Source: Candidatus Zixiibacteriota bacterium (GTDB taxonomy: Bacteria; Zixibacteria; MSB-5A5; WJJR01). Taken from it: a stretch of DNA of 38,636 bases. The position numbers were made by a program, and so were the translations under genes. The DNA is taken from positions 1-38,636 of the forward strand of contig JAVHPP010000141.1 in NCBI GenBank assembly GCA_036170655.1. The letters run 5' to 3'. Shown in pieces: positions 37,202 through 38,636 of the stretch. Each line of letters begins with the position of its first letter. Within the stretch, counting starts at the first letter, position 1. The notes below the pieces were generated by a model. It was not told where the DNA came from. It saw only the letters and a program-made list of their open reading frames with translations, and ran no database searches.

Positions 37202-37870
37202 ATGGAGCCAGCCACTTACATTCCCCAAGGCCTCTTGGGGAGTTATCGACGGGGCGATAAGATCTTTCAAGTGCAGACGGAGTTTGCCTGGCGTCCGCGA
37301 CCCCGCGTGTCGTCATCTGTCGTTCTTGATGGCCGGACGGTGCACAAGACCGACCGTGAGTGGGCAGGGGACCTTGAATCACCGGGGGTGCGCGGCGAGC
37401 TGGATACCCTGATCGCCGAACAGCACAAGGCCACCATGGAGCTGGTTGCCCTCCGTGCGGATGAGTTTCTCGGGCCACTGACCCCGACACCCTCGGATGG
37501 TGGCTATGCCGCTCCCACGATCCGTGACACAATGGAGGAAGTGCTGCGCACCGTGCCCTATGTCATTGGTCTCTATGAGTTTGACGAAACCGGGGCGGTC
37601 ACGCATCGGCACCACTTCCGTGATGTCGTGGCCGAGTGGGACCGCGAGTTTACGGCGTTGAGCACACTGGTCTTCGGCATGCCGAGTATCATCCGAGTCG
37701 GCGATTTTCGTTATGGCCTGGTGCGATTCGGGGTGGAGAATCTGATCACCGCACGTATCGGCGACCGCGCCTATGGCATATTGACTGATCCCGCGGCGGG
37801 CATCGAGCTTCTCCGCAAAGACTTTCCCGAATTGTTTGAGGCGGCTTACAGTGCTAAAGATACTGCGTGA
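37202..37870 (+). CDS. Hypothetical protein (N-terminal F/YxVQTE domain plus roadblock-like C-terminal domain)
   Basis: IFQVQTEF..V.DG..HK..I.EQH pattern; the C-terminal MEEVLRTVPYVIG..DETG..LITARI alpha/beta pattern is suggestive. Alternative start at 37184. Confidence 0.55.
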   Translation: MEPATYIPQGLLGSYRRGDKIFQVQTEFAWRPRPRVSSSVVLDGRTVHKTDREWAGDLESPGVRGELDTLIAEQHKATMELVALRADEFLGPLTPTPSDGGYAAPTIRDTMEEVLRTVPYVIGLYEFDETGAVTHRHHFRDVVAEWDREFTALSTLVFGMPSIIRVGDFRYGLVRFGVENLITARIGDRAYGILTDPAAGIELLRKDFPELFEAAYSAKDTA

Positions 37871-38630
37871 CATCCGCGCCGTGGCCGGCGTGACCGGGGT
37901 CGCCGTGCTGGTCAAGCGCGACGGACGTGCCGAACACCTGTTTCCGGCCGCGTTCACCGAACGGCACACAGCGGAACTCTTGAAACTCGTGACCGCCGCC
38001 TACCAGCGGCTGCGCGGTTTTTCGCGGCTGTATTTGCGGTTTGACCGGGTCACGGTCCACCTGCTCAATCAACCCGAATATCTTCTCTTGATCACCGTGC
38101 TGCCGGATATCGATCAAGAGATCTTCGAGACGGTCGTCAACTCCAAGATCTCAGCAATCGCCCGCTCGGTTGCGGGATCGGAGGGCGCTCGTGCCGGTGG
38201 ACCGGCTGAACGTGGCGCCGATCACGCCGTCATCGACATCCTGCTGGCTGCCTGCAATGGGACAACACGCCGGACTTCATCGAGTCTTGGGCTGAGCCGC
38301 ATGGCGTCCGCCTGGCGCGGCGCGCGCGACGCAGCCGCTGCGGGACAGTCCGCGTTGAGCGCAGTCGATGTCGATCCCGCCGGACAATTGTCGCTGCGGA
38401 AGGGCAAGCTGTTGACCCCGTCGCCGGCGACGATCGAGGGGCTGGCATCGATGATCGAGCAGTTCCTTGACAATCTCGGCACCCGCCGTACCGATGCGGA
38501 GGCGACGTTCTACGGGTTACTCGAACCACATCGCGATCTGCTCGAGAGACATGGATTCTTCCAATTCCTGTGCCCCGCCGCCGGTCATGGCGGTCATGGC
38601 ACACGCGCACCGCAATCCGCTCCGCGCTGA
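37851..38630 (+). CDS. Roadblock/LC7-like domain protein
   Basis: LKILRDIRAVAGVTGVAVLVKRDG resembles roadblock/MglB N-termini; GTG start with GAGG SD overlaps the upstream gene. Confidence 0.55.
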   Translation: MLKILRDIRAVAGVTGVAVLVKRDGRAEHLFPAAFTERHTAELLKLVTAAYQRLRGFSRLYLRFDRVTVHLLNQPEYLLLITVLPDIDQEIFETVVNSKISAIARSVAGSEGARAGGPAERGADHAVIDILLAACNGTTRRTSSSLGLSRMASAWRGARDAAAAGQSALSAVDVDPAGQLSLRKGKLLTPSPATIEGLASMIEQFLDNLGTRRTDAEATFYGLLEPHRDLLERHGFFQFLCPAAGHGGHGTRAPQSAPR

Positions 38631-38636
38631 TCCTTG

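Overview
Bacterial, GC-rich window. A dockerin-like double-EF-hand gene suggests a lineage such as candidate phylum Zixibacteria, but this is inference only. Layout: (1) 1-13.5 kb, the right half of a type VI secretion system (tssF partial, tssG, clpV/tssH, a transglutaminase-like ORF, vgrG, a DUF2169 adaptor, a PAAR-like/Rhs effector with an unassigned C-terminal toxin, and a putative immunity gene). (2) 13.5-23.9 kb, housekeeping genes (YkgJ-type Cys-cluster protein, orphan motAB, Tag-like protein, CBS protein, Rrf2-iscS-A-type carrier-DUF2480 Fe-S operon, yceI, K+-independent hppA). (3) 23.9-32.9 kb, a plastic region between the convergent 3' ends of hppA and nrdJ. It holds a diverged second copy of the hppA 3' end, a duplicated nrdJ terminator, REP-like palindromes, a truncated toxin with an intact antitoxin, ORF6N, a dockerin gene fragment, an ECF/anti-sigma pair, a PD-(D/E)xK nuclease, and an integrase-less integron cassette array (3 attC sites) ending in a doubly deleted restriction-modification cassette. 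(4) 32.9-38.6 kb, class II RNR nrdJ with tandem NrdR boxes, a TIGR00300 ornithine cyclodeaminase-like gene, and two roadblock-like genes. No CRISPR array, tRNA or rRNA was seen.
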